DNA from: the human T2T-CHM13v2.0 reference genome, Homo sapiens
Reading direction: 5' to 3' (one strand)
Length of the DNA stretch: 64,000 nt
Assembly: GCF_009914755.1 (NCBI RefSeq)
Contig: NC_060931.1
In this document: piece by piece, positions 51,225 to 64,000 of the stretch
How the letters are laid out: each line of letters opens with the position of its first letter
Numbering within the stretch: position 1 is the first letter of the stretch
Program-made: the position numbers and the translations under genes
The notes under the pieces: generated by a model
The model's database searches: none
What the model was told of the DNA's origin: nothing
Seen by the model: only the letters and a program-made list of their open reading frames with translations

Positions 51225-51535
51225 AGGGATTAGTGTGGTGGCTCACGCCTGTAATCCCAGCACTTTGGGAGGCTAAGGTGAGAGGATCACTTGAGGATAG
51301 GAGTTTGAGAGCAGCCTGTGCAAGATAGCGAGACCCTGTCTCTACTAAAATTTTTTTAGTTAACTGGGCATGGCGGTACGCACCTGGAGTCTTAGCTACT
51401 TGGGAGACTGAGGTGGGAACATAGCTTGAGCCCAGGAGTTTGAGGCTACAGTGATCTATGGTCACACCACTGCACTCCAGCCTGGGTGACAGAGCAAGAT
51501 CCTGTCTCTAAAATAATAATAATAAATAAATAAAC
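51225..51535 (+). mobile_element. AluJ
   Basis: TSD AAAT(T/G)TTAAACTA. Confidence 0.88.
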
Positions 51536-51791
51536 AAATGTTAAACTAATCTGTAAAATTCCTAGATTATTAGATTAATAGTAAATATGGGACTCTAATA
51601 TCTGATAACAAAATTTTAATTCTTAATACTGTACATTAATTTTACTCTTATACTTGGCTTTTCAAAGATGTAGTGGTAATCATAAGTTAGGAACTGTTTA
51701 TATTTGAAATATCTTAAAAATTTTGGGATGTAATTGAACTTGCGGTTTTCATACATTTTCCTTTTTCATTAACCATTTAACTTTGTATTAG

Positions 51792-51899
51792 ATATCAGTA
51801 GCTGATCTTCCGGGTTTAATAGAAGGAGCACATATGAACAAAGGAATGGGCCACAAATTCCTCAAGCATATAGAAAGAACTAGACAACTACTTTTTGTT
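51792..51899 (+). CDS. GTPBP10: GTPBP10 exon 7 (G3 [36 protein letters not shown])
   Basis: attag acceptor; GTT|GTAAGT donor; Obg signature [18 protein letters not shown]. Confidence 0.96.
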
Positions 51900-52418
51900 G
51901 TAAGTCATATGTATACTAATGTGATATTCAAATAAATTGAAAACCAGTGAATTTAGTTTTTCTAGAATTTTTTTATAAATAAGAAAGTGGTAGCATATGT
52001 TACTCCACTAAGTCTTTTATAATATGGGGATGGAAGTGACATTGTTTACTATATCATATGTAAGTTTGGCCATACTTGCCAACATGTATTTCCTTAAGAT
52101 TTCCAGCATACTACCATATTATATAGTATCATAGTATCTCTTTCATTCTTCACTGATGATGCTAGAGTTATATATGAGATTGTCTTCATACAAATTGTCT
52201 TATCCTAGTTTTTTATTTTATTAATAACTGTAATTTTATCAGAATAATTAAAGTTATCTTAACACCTCGATTTCTGTTACTTATTTTGAATTACTAAGTA
52301 ACAAGTAGAGTATAGAGAAATTGTTTTTAGCTTGAGAGAGTAAAACATTTTAAAACATAGAAATGTATAGCTATTCTTCGTATGTTAAAGGCTGTCTCTT
52401 TCCTTCTCTTTTTTTTAG

Positions 52419-52496
52419 GTTGATATTTCTGGATTTCAGCTTTCTTCTCACACTCAATACAGGACAGCTTTTGAAACCATAATACTGCTTACAAAA
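52419..52496 (+). CDS. GTPBP10: GTPBP10 exon 8 ([26 protein letters not shown])
   Basis: Long pyrimidine tract + tag; AAA|GTAGGT donor; phase 0-0. Confidence 0.94.
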
Positions 52497-52999
52497 GTAG
52501 GTTTTCTGTTTTACTGTGTTCTGTATTTGGTCTAATACATAGGAATGTAAGACTATATGAAATAACATAATTACAGTCTATACATACTCCACCTTTAAAG
52601 CTTTGATGTCAGTTAAAGAATTACTTAAACTTGTTGTCTCCATTTCCTCTACATTCATTTGCTCCTCAAACTACTGCAGTGGATAAAACACTCCTGGGCT
52701 TCCAAATCCCCATTACATACTTCCCAGATTTTTATCTTGCTTCAGCTTTGGCACATTGTTTAATTCCTCTTGTTTCTCATTCTTAGTTTTGTGACCGGTA
52801 ATCTTCTGGTTCTATTTCTACTCTTACACTATTTCTCCGTCTACTTTTTAGGCTCTTTTTTCTCATCCTTTAAGTAACATTATTCAGAGTTCTGTCCTAA
52901 CCTTATTTTCTATCTTACTCACTCCCGTTGCTTTAGTTACAATTAATAATATTGATGACTGCCAGATCTGTAGCTGATACCTAAATCTTTTCATTGTTC

Positions 53000-53288
53000 T
53001 TTCTTTTTTTTTGAGACAGAGTCTTGCTCTGTCTGCCAGGCTGTAGTGCAGTGGCATGATCTCGGCTCTCTCTGTCTCCCGGGCTCAAGTGATTCTCCTG
53101 CCTCAGCCTCCCGAGTAGCTGGGATTACAAGCGTGTGCCACCACGCCCGGCTAATTTTTGTATTTTTAGTAGAGACAGGGTTTCACCATGTTGGCCAGGC
53201 TGGTCTCAAACACCTGACCACAGGTAATCCACCCACCTTGGCCTCCCAGAGTGTTGGGATTACAGGTGTGGGCCATTGCACCTGGCCT
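53000..53288 (-). mobile_element. AluS within an L2-like remnant
   Basis: Antisense Alu; flanks repeat TTGTTCTTT. Confidence 0.88.
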
Positions 53289-54358
53289 TTGTTGTTCTTT
53301 AGACCAGATGCCCATCGGACATCTTCTTTGACTAGATGTCCCATTAGTCACTTAAACTTAATATGGATAAAAGTAAACTTTTAAAAAACTTTTCGGCCAT
53401 CCCCATAACTTAGTGAATGTGTAAGCTATGATATACTGATTCTTCTCACCACCTACACAAGCCCTGTCAGTTTTTTATCCTAAATCTCTCTGAAATCCAT
53501 CCTCTTGTCTTTATCTACGCTGTTATAATCATCAGCCCTTCTTATTGGAATATTGAATCTGGTCCTTTCCATTCTCCCTGTGTCCTGCCTTGCTTCTCTC
53601 CAGTCCATTTTTTATATGGCAGCTAGAGTGATCTTTGTAAAAGCACCAAGCTGATGCTGATGTTCCCTGCCTAAAACACTTTGATAGACCCCCATAGCTG
53701 TTAGGTTAAAGTCTAACCTGAGCATGATTTATGAAATCTGCAAGTTTAGGCCCCTACCTAGCAGTCCTCCTCTGTAACCCTCTCCCCTAGATGCTATATT
53801 TCAGCCATGTGATTTCTCTCTAAGACAACATGGTATTGCCTTACCTCCAGGATTTTATAGATCCTATTTCATTTGCCACTTTTTGTCTATAATGAATAAT
53901 ACTGCTGTGAACATTTGTATGCAGGTTTTTGTATAGACATGTTTTCATTTCTCTTGGATGTATACTTAGGAGTGGAATTGCTGGATCAGATAATAATGCT
54001 TTGTTTAACATTTTGAGGAACTGCCAAACTATTCTGAATTGGTAGCACCATTGTGCCATTTTACAGTCCCACCATCAATGTATGTTCCAATTTTTCCACA
54101 TGAATGTCAACACTTGTTATTGTCTGTCGTTTTTACTTTAGTCATCCTAGTGGGAGTGCAGTGGTATTTTGTTATAGTTCTTATTTGCATTTCTCTTAAG
54201 ACTAATGATGCTAAGAATCTTTTTATGTGCTTATTAGGCATTTCTGTGTCTTTGGAGAAAAGTCTGTTCAGATTCTGTGTGCATTACTATTTGTATTATT
54301 TGTCTTTTAATTGTTGAGTTATAAGCATGTTTTGTATTTTTGGAAATAAGTCCCTTCT

Positions 54359-54662
54359 CTTTTTTTTTTTTTTTTTTTTTTGAGATGGAGTCTCACTCTG
54401 TCGCCTGGGCTGGAGTGCGGTGGCACAGTCTCGGCTTAATGCAACCCCCACCTCCCAAGTTCAAGTGATTCTCCAGCCTCAGCCTCCCCAGTAGCTGGGA
54501 TTACAGGCATGTGCCACCACGCCCATCTAATTTTTGTATTTTTAGTAGAAACAGGGTTTCACCATGTTGGCCAGGCTGGTCTTGAACTCCTGACCTCAGG
54601 TGATCCGCCCACCTGGCTTCCCAGAGTGCTGGGATTACAGACGTGAGCCACCATGCCCAGCT
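54359..54662 (-). mobile_element. AluS
   Basis: TSD TAAGTCCCTTCT. Confidence 0.9.
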
Positions 54663-54774
54663 GGAAATTAAGTCCCTTCTAAGATACATAATTTGAAAAT
54701 ATTTTCTCCCCTTCTGTGACTTGTCTTTTCACTTTTTCAGTGTATTTTTTCTGTATTCTTTGTGGCACAAAACT

Positions 54775-56503
54775 ATTATTTATTTATTTAATTTTCCAGT
54801 TTTATTAAAGTGTAATTGACATAAAAATTGTGTGTACTTAAAGTGTACAAGTGATATTTGGATATATGTTTACCTTGTGAAATGATTGAATCAAGCTAAT
54901 TAACATGATCCATCATCTTACATACTATTTTATGTGTGTTGAGAATATTTAAAATCTGTTTTAGCAATTTTCAAATATATAATACATTAACTATAGTCAT
55001 CATACTGTAAAATAGATCTTCAGGGCTTATTCATCCTATTTAATTGAATCTTTGTTCCATTTGACCAACACCCCTCCATCTTCCTCCCCCAAGCACCCTG
55101 GCAACCACCATTTTCTCTGCTACTATGAATTCAACCTTTTAAGATTCCACATATAAGTGGGATTATGCAGTATTTTTTTTTCTGTGCTTGGCTTATTTCA
55201 CTTAGCATAGTGTTCTCCAGGTTCATCCATGTTGTTATAAACGACAAGATTTTCTTTTTTTAAGGCTGAATAATATTCAGTTGTGTGTGTGTATACCACA
55301 TTTTCGTTATTCATCCATTGATGGACACTGAGGTTGATTCCATGTCTCGGCTATTGTGAATAATGTTTCAGTAAAAATGGGAATGCAGAGATCTCTTTGA
55401 CATACTGATTTTATTTCCTTTGGATATATACCCAGAAGTGGGATTGCCGGATCATATGGTAGTTCTATTTTTAATTTTTTGAGAAATCTTTATACTGCTT
55501 TTTACAATGGCTGTACTAATTTACATTCCCACTCAACGGTGTTCAAGAGTTCCTCTTTCTCCATATCCTTGACAACACTTGTTATCTTTTGTCTTTTTGA
55601 TAATAGCCATCCTTCCAAGTGTGAGGAGCTATCTCATTGTGGTTTTTCTTTTCATTTCCCTAATGATCAGTGATGTTGAACATTTTTTCATACATATATT
55701 GGTCATTTGTTTGTTGTTGAGAAATGTCAATTCAGGTTCTTTATCCATTTTTAAATCAGGTTTATATTACCCAAAGTGATCTACGGATTCAGCACAATCC
55801 ATATCAAAATTCTAATGGCATTTTTCACAGAAATAGAAAACAAATCTTAAAATTTGTATGGAACATCAAAAGACCCTGAATAGCCAAAGCAATCTTATCT
55901 TGAGCAAAAGGAACAAAGCTGGAAGCTTCACACTACCTAATTTCAAAACCTACTACAAAGCTATCATAATCAAAACAGCGTGGTACTGGCATAACAGTAG
56001 ACACATAAACCAATGGAACAGAATCCAGAGCTCAGAATTAAATCCATGCATTTACAGTTAATTTTCGACAAAGGTACCTAGAACACACAGTAAGGAAAGG
56101 ACAGTTTTCTTCGTCAATAAGTGATACTGAGAAAACTGAATATCCACATGCAGAGAAATGAAATTAGATCCTTACTTCACACCATATAAAAAATCAGTTC
56201 AAAGTTGATTAAAGACTTAAAGCCTGAAACCATAAAACCACTAGAAGAAAACAGAGAAGTTCCATGACATTTGTCTGAGCAATGATTTTTTTTTAATGTG
56301 ACCCCAAAGCACAGGCAACAAAAAGAAAAATAGACAAGTAGGATTGCATCAAACTAAAAAGCTTCTGCACAGCAAAAGGAACAGTCAGCAGAGTGAAGAG
56401 GCAACCAAGGGAATGGGAGAAAATATTTGTAAATCATATATCTGATAAGTGGTTGATATCCAAAACATAAGGAAGCAAAACAACTCTCAATAGCAAGAAA
56501 ACA
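54775..56503 (-). mobile_element. L1MA-type element with 5' inversion (54775-55760 minus, 55761-56503 plus)
   Basis: ORF2 fragment [18 protein letters not shown] on +; 3' UTR and tail on -. Confidence 0.75.
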
Positions 56504-57240
56504 ACTCAAAATTTTTAATTTTCATGAAATTCCATTTGTTTCATTCTTTTCTTTCCTTTTTTAAAATTAAACTAAAATTTTGTATAGAGATGGGGTCTCG
56601 TTATGTTGTCAAGGCTTGTCTTGAACTCCTGGGCCCAAGCAATGCTCCTACCTCAGCCTCCTAAAGTGCTGAGATTACAGGCATGAGCCACCATGCCCAG
56701 TCTTACATATTTATTTATTTTTATTACAAACAGGGCTTCGCTCTGTCATGTAGGCTAGAGTGCAGACATGATCCTAGCTCATTGTAGCCTCAAACTCCTG
56801 GTGGCCTTAAGCAGTCTTCTGCCTTTTATCTATTATTTTACTTGTGCTTTTCATGTTATATCTAAGAAACAGTTGTTTAATCCAAGGTAACAAAGATTTA
56901 TTCCTAAGTGCATTTACTTTTTCCAAGAATACTACAGGTATAACATTCAGTGATCATTACTGACTTCTGAATTTTATCTGTGTGAAGTCCAGATACCCAT
57001 ATTTGACTCTAGACGCAAAATTACAACTGTCTCTAGGATATCATTTAAGCTAAAACATACTAACACATGACTTAACCAGAGTCATTTTCTGAAATTCTTC
57101 CTTTTGTTTTCTGTTGTTGGGATTTATTGCATTTCGGTGATGTGAATGGGTTTTAGATCACCTGGGTCATTAATTACCAAATAAGTAGTTTATACAGAAA
57201 CCAGTACTAAAATTATTGGGTTTTCTCTTTTGATTTAAAG

Positions 57241-57364
57241 GAGTTGGAATTGTACAAAGAGGAACTTCAGACAAAACCTGCACTCTTGGCAGTTAATAAA
57301 ATGGACTTGCCAGATGCCCAAGATAAGTTCCATGAATTGATGAGCCAGCTCCAGAATCCTAAAG
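57241..57364 (+). CDS. GTPBP10: GTPBP10 exon 9 ([22 protein letters not shown]..., G4)
   Basis: tttaaag acceptor; G|GTAAAC donor; NKMD motif. Confidence 0.95.
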
Positions 57365-59176
57365 GTAAACCTATTTATTCATTTAATTCTAATTTAAAGA
57401 ATAATTACAATGTACAGAGAATGCTGTTATAATCAGTGGAAAACTGACAGTTTCTGCTCTTAAAAGTCAAGTTTGAAGAAAGAATATACAAAACATGTAA
57501 ATAACATTGTAACATAATAATTACCAAATTCTAGAATGTTTGATATGGACAGTAAATTAAAGGAGACAAAAGAAAGATTAATTTGAACTAAAAAGGTCAG
57601 GCTACATGAAGAATAAAACTTAAATTGGGCCCATAAGGCATATGTGGGATTTGAATAAAAGGAGGAAAAAGTCAGCATCTACCTGTGAAGTCTTTCACTT
57701 TCATTAACATACTTCACAAGCTCTTCATTCGTCTAGTACTGTACATCATAAAATTAAAGACAGAACTAAGAAGTTCTAAAGAAGTATGTTTCTTGGCAAA
57801 AGTAACTCTATAGGTTTCTGAAGAGGATGAGTCTTCTGAAAAGAACTTCATTTTTCCTGTGTATGTGTGACACAATAATAGAAGCTGTGACTCCAAAATG
57901 ATTTATTTGTCTGGAATTTACTTCCTGGACTATATGTAAAGTAACTTAAAGGGATTCTCCACAGTTTTGAATATTGACATTTGCAGAACACCTTCTATCC
58001 TATGGCAATGGTGGTTTCATTCAGAGTCTAGTAGAGAACCTCATGCACAAATGAGGAAAAGTAGGGTGTATGGTATGTGGCTAACATGTTTTTCAATATG
58101 TCTCTGTTTTTATTCTTGGTAACAATTGTTGGAAAATAGATTATAGGTACTAAGACTGTCAAACAGCACCAGAAGGTCCTTTCCTCTCAAAAATCTTTCC
58201 CCTGTGTAATCTACATGTTGGAGCTGTCCTTGAGTTAATAAATTACTCATGGGATATAAATATTCTCTGATACTAAATAGCCTTCATTCCTAATGACATT
58301 TGCTTTGTATGGTCATTAGTTCTTTTTGCTAGTTGATCTTGCAGAGAAGGGAATTTTCAGAGGAAATACCGAAAGTGAGGGTGACTCAGGAGTCTGTAGC
58401 TGTTCTGACCTATCGTGAAATAAAATATAGGCCCTTTAGTGATAATCCTGAGTTATCCTCTCTGGACTTTCTTCGGGGCTTTTGAATCTCAGAAAGTAAG
58501 CTCCATGTTGTCTTCTCCACCAATCTGTTTCAGTCCAGCCTTTCTAGTTCATATCAGTTAATCCATCTAATCAGTATGCCATCTCCCCAGCCAATCAGTA
58601 TGCCATGGTGACAGGGAAGAGGTAAAAGTAATATAACAATTGTTAGCCCTTGTGGGGTGATAGATTGGACTCATCTGAAATTATCTTCCCTTGAATTCTC
58701 TATAATCCCTCTTCAGTTTTTGTATGGATCCTAGCATCATTGATGATAAACCTATACTTTGGGGAAGTTAAAGGTCTCCAGTGTACTGAGGCCAAGTAGA
58801 ATGTCTCAAATCATAAATGATGTTATTATTTTTACAGAAAGTATCTTTCAGAGAATCAATGCTGCCTTGCCTTATTTAACCCCCCCCACACACACAAAAT
58901 TTATTACTTCCTTAAGTAAGTCATTTTTGTGATTCATCTTCTACTCATACTTAGTTTGGTTTAAAATATATTTATCTAACAAGTATGTTATGTGCCAAGA
59001 ACCTTACCATAATCAATGGTAAAATCCAAAGGCTCTGAGAACTTATTAGAAAAGGTGAAAAAAGGCATGAAAAATGCTGGTTTTGGTTCCCTGCTTCACA
59101 AATCAAACCATTAACATGGTTTTAACTAACTTTCGAAAACAATGGAAATCAGCTTTGTTTGTGCTCTTTCTTTTAG

Positions 59177-59439
59177 ATTTTCTGCATTTATTTGAAAAAA
59201 ACATGATTCCAGAGAGGACTGTAGAGTTCCAACATATCATCCCCATATCTGCAGTTACTGGAGAAGGAATCGAAGAATTAAAGAATTGTATAAGAAAGTC
59301 ACTGGATGAACAGGCCAACCAGGAAAATGATGCACTTCATAAGAAACAGTTGCTTAATTTGTGGATTTCTGATACAATGTCTTCTACTGAGCCACCATCA
59401 AAGCATGCTGTTACTACTTCCAAAATGGATATAATTTAA
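59177..59439 (+). CDS. GTPBP10: GTPBP10 exon 10 coding part (G5 ISAVTGEG... to TAA)
   Basis: ctttcttttag acceptor; G+AT=D keeps frame; TAA at 59437-59439. Confidence 0.95.
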
Positions 59440-59484
59440 ATATATTAAAAATGGTATTGATGGAACAGTATTTAATGCTTAAAA

Positions 59485-59900
59485 ACAAGGAAATCCTTTC
59501 ATCTGTGACAACCTGGAGGACATGTTAAGTAAAATAAGCCAGGCTTAGAAAGACAAATGCTGCATAATCTCACTGTGGAATCTTAAGTTGAACTCATAGA
59601 AGGAGAGAATAGAATGGTGGTTATCAAGGGCTGGTGGGGCAGTGGAGGATTGAGGAGATATTGGTCAAAATTTACAAAATTTCAGTTAGACAAGGCAACT
59701 GAGTTCAAGAGATCTGTTGTACAGCTTGGTGACTGTAATTAACAACAATGTATTTTGAAAGTCACTGAGTAAATTTTAAGTGGTTTTTCCAAAAAAGCAC
59801 ATAAGGTAATGCACGTTAATTAGCTATATTGAGCCATTCCACAATGTATAGATATTTCAAAACATGTTACACATGATAAATCCAGTTTTTCTACGTCATT
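59485..59900 (+). mobile_element. L1MA-type 3' UTR remnant within the GTPBP10 3' UTR
   Basis: ACCTGGAGGACATGTTAAGTAAAATAAGCCAGG...GAGTTCAAGAGATCTGTTGTACAGC. Confidence 0.75.
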
Positions 59901-60057
59901 TTTTAAAATTATATTTAATTTTTTTATTTTGAAAGTTTTTTCACAGATCTTTTTTTTAGTATTATTACCTTCTGATATATGTGTCATTATTGAAGAACCA
60001 TACCTTTTAAAGTTATTATTTTGTAATTAAGTATGTCAACAGTAAAAAATAACCAGT

Positions 60058-60357
60058 GGCCAGGCATGGTGGCTCATGCCTGTAATCCCAGCACTTTTCG
60101 GAGGCCGAGGAGGGCAGATCACTTGAGGTCAGGAGTTCAAGACCAGCCTGGCCAACATGGCGAAACCCCGTCTCTACTAAAAATATAAAAAATTAGCCAG
60201 GCATAGTGGCGCATGCCTGTTGTAGCCCCAGCTACTCAAGAGGCTGAGGCAGGAGAATTGCTTGAACGCGGGAGGTGGAGGATACAATGAACCCGAGGTC
60301 GCGCCACTGCACTTCAGCCTGGGTGACAGAGCTAGACTCCATCTCAAAAAAAAAAAA
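60058..60357 (+). mobile_element. AluS
   Basis: Full dimer with A tail. Confidence 0.9.
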
Positions 60358-60832
60358 GAGCTAAAAAATTACATTTTACAAGTTTATGGCCAGCCCACCT
60401 GTAATAACATTCTCTGATATTCCTTTACTTAGGATGTCCCTATTGAGATCATTTTTTAAATTTATGTGGAAGGATTCTCTAGATTATTATTAGAATGAGC
60501 AATTCAGTTTTGTTTGTTTTTGAGCCTGTCTTGTACCTGGTTGCACTAAATATATAATAGTTATCTTTTGTGGAGACCTTAAAACCCTAAATTTGAATAC
60601 ATGTTCAATGATAGTAAAGATATGACAGAAACTAGAAGATAGCTGTTTATGATTTGAGCTTTTGGAAAATTTTCGTTTCTTGAATGTAATAGTATTTTTT
60701 CCTGAATTGGAGGAGACTGATCTATATTGTTTCATTTTTCTTTTGTCCTAGTCTATTTCACTTTCTTTTGTCATAATCTATTTAATTTCCCACTTTCTTA
60801 TTTTAGTAAAGAGAGAATAAATAGCAAGTGCA

Positions 60833-60970
60833 GGCCAGGCATGGTGGTGCAGGCCAGACATAGCGGTACATGCCTGTAATCCTAGCACTTTGGGATGCCA
60901 AGGCGGGAGGATTGCTTGAGCCCAGGAGTTCATGCCTGAGCAACATAGCAAGACCCTGGCTCTCTATAAA
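60833..60970 (+). mobile_element. Alu left monomer with duplicated head
   Basis: GTGCAGGCCAGGCATGGTG then GTGCAGGCCAGACATAGCGG. Confidence 0.75.
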
Positions 60971-61338
60971 ACAGAAAACGCAAACTTTAATATTATCAAC
61001 AATCAATATATTATAAGAGATTGCAATTTCTAAGTTTCTACCTGAGTGTTTCACAAATACAAACTGGACATTTTCCCTTTAAATGAGTTTTATTATAAAA
61101 TGTACATATTGATTGTAAAAACAAAAAATTCAAATAGTACAAAAGCATATAAGTAACTAATAAAAGCTCCCTTTCTGCATTAGGCCCCTCAGTTCTTCCC
61201 AGGGAAAATGATTAATAGTTTACATTCTTGCAGAAATTTTTTATGTATAAATTTTTACCCAAATGAATTCATTATATAAATTTTTTCCAACTTAGTGTTT
61301 TTTTACATAATAGTAGCAAGTTAAAAAATTGTACTTCA

Positions 61339-61653
<315 letters not shown>

Positions 61654-63676
61654 TTATTCTTCAATGCTATTTTTAAATTACTAGAAATTATTTTGGAATT
61701 TAATGTTGCATACAGCCTGAGATATGGCTGTTCACCCTTTGGTAAAGTATTAAAGAAAAATAATGCATTGTTCTCAGCTTAAATTTTTTTCTGATTTGAC
61801 AACATGAGTGATGTTTTCCCAGTATTATTTCAATTATATTTGTTTTATTTTCTGTTCCTCACTCCTACCTCTCATTCCAGTCCCCAAACTGGCTTTTCTT
61901 TTATTTCTTTTTTCTTCATTGCTGATGTATTTATTGAGCAATGTCCTGTATCAGGCACTGTCCAAGGTGCTGTATGTGCCATGTTGAAGAGAACAGACAG
62001 GACCTACTGTCCTTGTATATCTTGCCTTTGATAACAGAAACTGCAGGGGATTGGAATAGCCTCTTTACAAGAAAAGAATAAGAGTGAGGAAAAGCGTTTG
62101 GAATTTATAGTGATCACAGTGACCAGGTTTTGTATTGGGTATGTTTTACATTTGTAACTTCAGTGCTATTTTTTTTTAAGCTCCATTGTTTTCTAAATGT
62201 AAACAAGTATCAATGTAAGGACAGTTTCATCAGGTGAATATCAGAAGTACTGACACCATAATCTCATTTTGCACTGTGGCAAAGGGTAGTAGATGTGTGT
62301 TCAGGATTATTTGCTCTGTCAGTAGTGCCCAGGGTGCCACTCCATGACTAACCGAAACATTTTATTATGTGACTCACTAAGATGTTCAATTCATTAGTAT
62401 TTTCTGGTTACTCAAAGTGTACTCTATGTACCTTTTTTTGACCTTTGATTTTTATTCTGATGGAGAAGATCAGATTCCTTTTTTATCTTATAAAAAATAA
62501 TTTTGAAACAAAGACTTATTTTGAAGTAAGTCTTTTAACATTATCTCAGATGCATTTTATTTTGTCCTTAAGTAAGACTTTTCATTTTTACCTTTCAAAA
62601 TGCAATTTTCAAAATATATGCTTTTTTGAAACACTTATTATGTTACTGAATAACCAGAGTATTAAATTCAATGTACAGCAAATTTTTACAAAGTCCCAGT
62701 AGTTCTTGCAGAGCTTTCTATAATATCAGATTTATTTACCATCATGAAATATGTTTATACAGTATTAAGTATATTGTACTATGAAGTTGGACCTGCACAC
62801 TGAAAAATTCCAAAATACCTATTATGTTGTGCTTTTTGTGATATATATTCATATTATTATTTGTCATAACAAGGTGAACTTTTTTAAAATGGTAAACATG
62901 TATTAGTTACATAATCAGGAAAAAAGTCATCTTTTATAATGAGAAAAATTAGGTCAAGGATATTTCAGGTTTTATCCAATTAGATTTCTTGTAAAGTTAT
63001 GTGTTTTCTTTTATCTCAGTGCTTATTTGCTTTGCAAGGATGAAGGTTAGAGATTCCTTTCAGTAGTTAATGAAAGCTACAGACTTGTCTTGCCGAAAAA
63101 TGTACATAAACACATAAACTATTTTCCAAGCAGTTTCACAGTGTTTGCAAAGTTCAGATTGAAAACCCAGTTTTACAAATCCCATCTACAAATTTGCATT
63201 GTCATTAAGATATATTAAAAATAATTTTTCAAAGCAACAGCACAGATGCACTTTAAAACTGTAGCTTAAAAATAAAAATTAGTAATATAACTTGTGTAAA
63301 CCTACACAAAAGATAAAAGATATCTTATTGCAAAAATAGGGCAACATTTTGTTTTAAAGACCAAATAGTGAATTGAATTTAATGCATATCTTTAAATCCT
63401 TAATAGTATCTCAAATCTGGTTTAAATCTGTCTCTCCTTAACGGAATAGAAAGTGAAACAAATCCAGAAATCTTGTTCGAGTACATGGTCTGTGCTAGTA
63501 ATCATATCTAAAGTGGTAATGTTACCATATGCTGGGTACTGGGCTGAGTAAATCACATATTTTAACTTATTTAAACACTGCACTGTATTGCCTGCTAGCG
63601 ATGTCATTTTTTTAAAGTTGGATGGTGAATACATGAGTTGTTTTTTAAACTCTTTTGGGAGCCTAAAAAATTTGAA

Positions 63677-63891
63677 TTTTTTTTTTTCCCCCCCCAGACG
63701 GAGTCTCGCTCTCTTGCCAGGCTGGAGTGCAGTGACATTATCTTGGCTCACTGCAGCCTCTGATTCCCTGGTTCAAGCAATTCTCCTGCCTCAGCCTCCC
63801 GAGTAGCTGGGATTACAGGCATCCACCACCACGTCCAGCTAATTTTTGTATTTTTAGTAGAGACGGGGTTTCACCATGTTGGCCAGGATGG
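63677..63891 (-). mobile_element. 5'-truncated AluS
   Basis: Antisense Alu right arm + part of the left arm. Confidence 0.85.
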
Positions 63892-64000
63892 GAAAATTTT
63901 TTAAAAGACATTTATTAAAAAAAAATGTCTATGCCTTATCAAAGTTTATAACTCAAGAATTAATGAGATAAACAGTGGACAAAAAGTGTTGGCAGATAAC

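Noticed and set aside
59074-59176. In-frame ATG-led intronic extension of exon 10 (121-aa ORF)
   Set aside because: The strong acceptor at 59176 explains the coding part; no promoter evidence for the extension

Overview
Human-type (primate) genomic DNA containing the complete GTPBP10 (ObgH2) gene on the + strand. Ten coding exons (21034-59439), all with GT-AG introns, splice into 1164 nt = 387 aa + stop of an Obg-family GTPase with an N-terminal Gly-rich Obg fold and G1 GFPNAGKS, G2 FTT, G3 DLPG, G4 NKMD and G5 SAV motifs. From memory, the locus is human 7q21. Exon 1 sits in a CpG-rich promoter. The rest is mostly transposon-derived: about 30 Alus (one with AluYa5 diagnostics), a nested LTR cluster with a sense LTR12 about 11.5 kb upstream of the ATG, a near full-length Tigger2 in intron 1, and a 10.8-kb head-to-tail composite of two antisense L1PA elements in intron 4. 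Most ORFs in the supplied track are Alu, L1, LTR or microsatellite shadows. I find no convincing new protein-coding system. The most notable unexplained structures are: (i) an Hsmar1/MADE1 inverted-repeat element carrying about 290 bp of unassigned cargo; (ii) the two-subfamily L1 chimera with a single outer TSD and apparent gene-conversion patches; (iii) repeat structures on the acceptors of the in-frame skippable exon 3+4 block; (iv) possible alternative N-termini (LTR12 promoter, upstream in-frame CUG); (v) two local templated duplications. Repeat subfamily names come from remembered consensus sequences and need RepeatMasker/Dfam confirmation; repeat boundaries are approximate unless a TSD is quoted.
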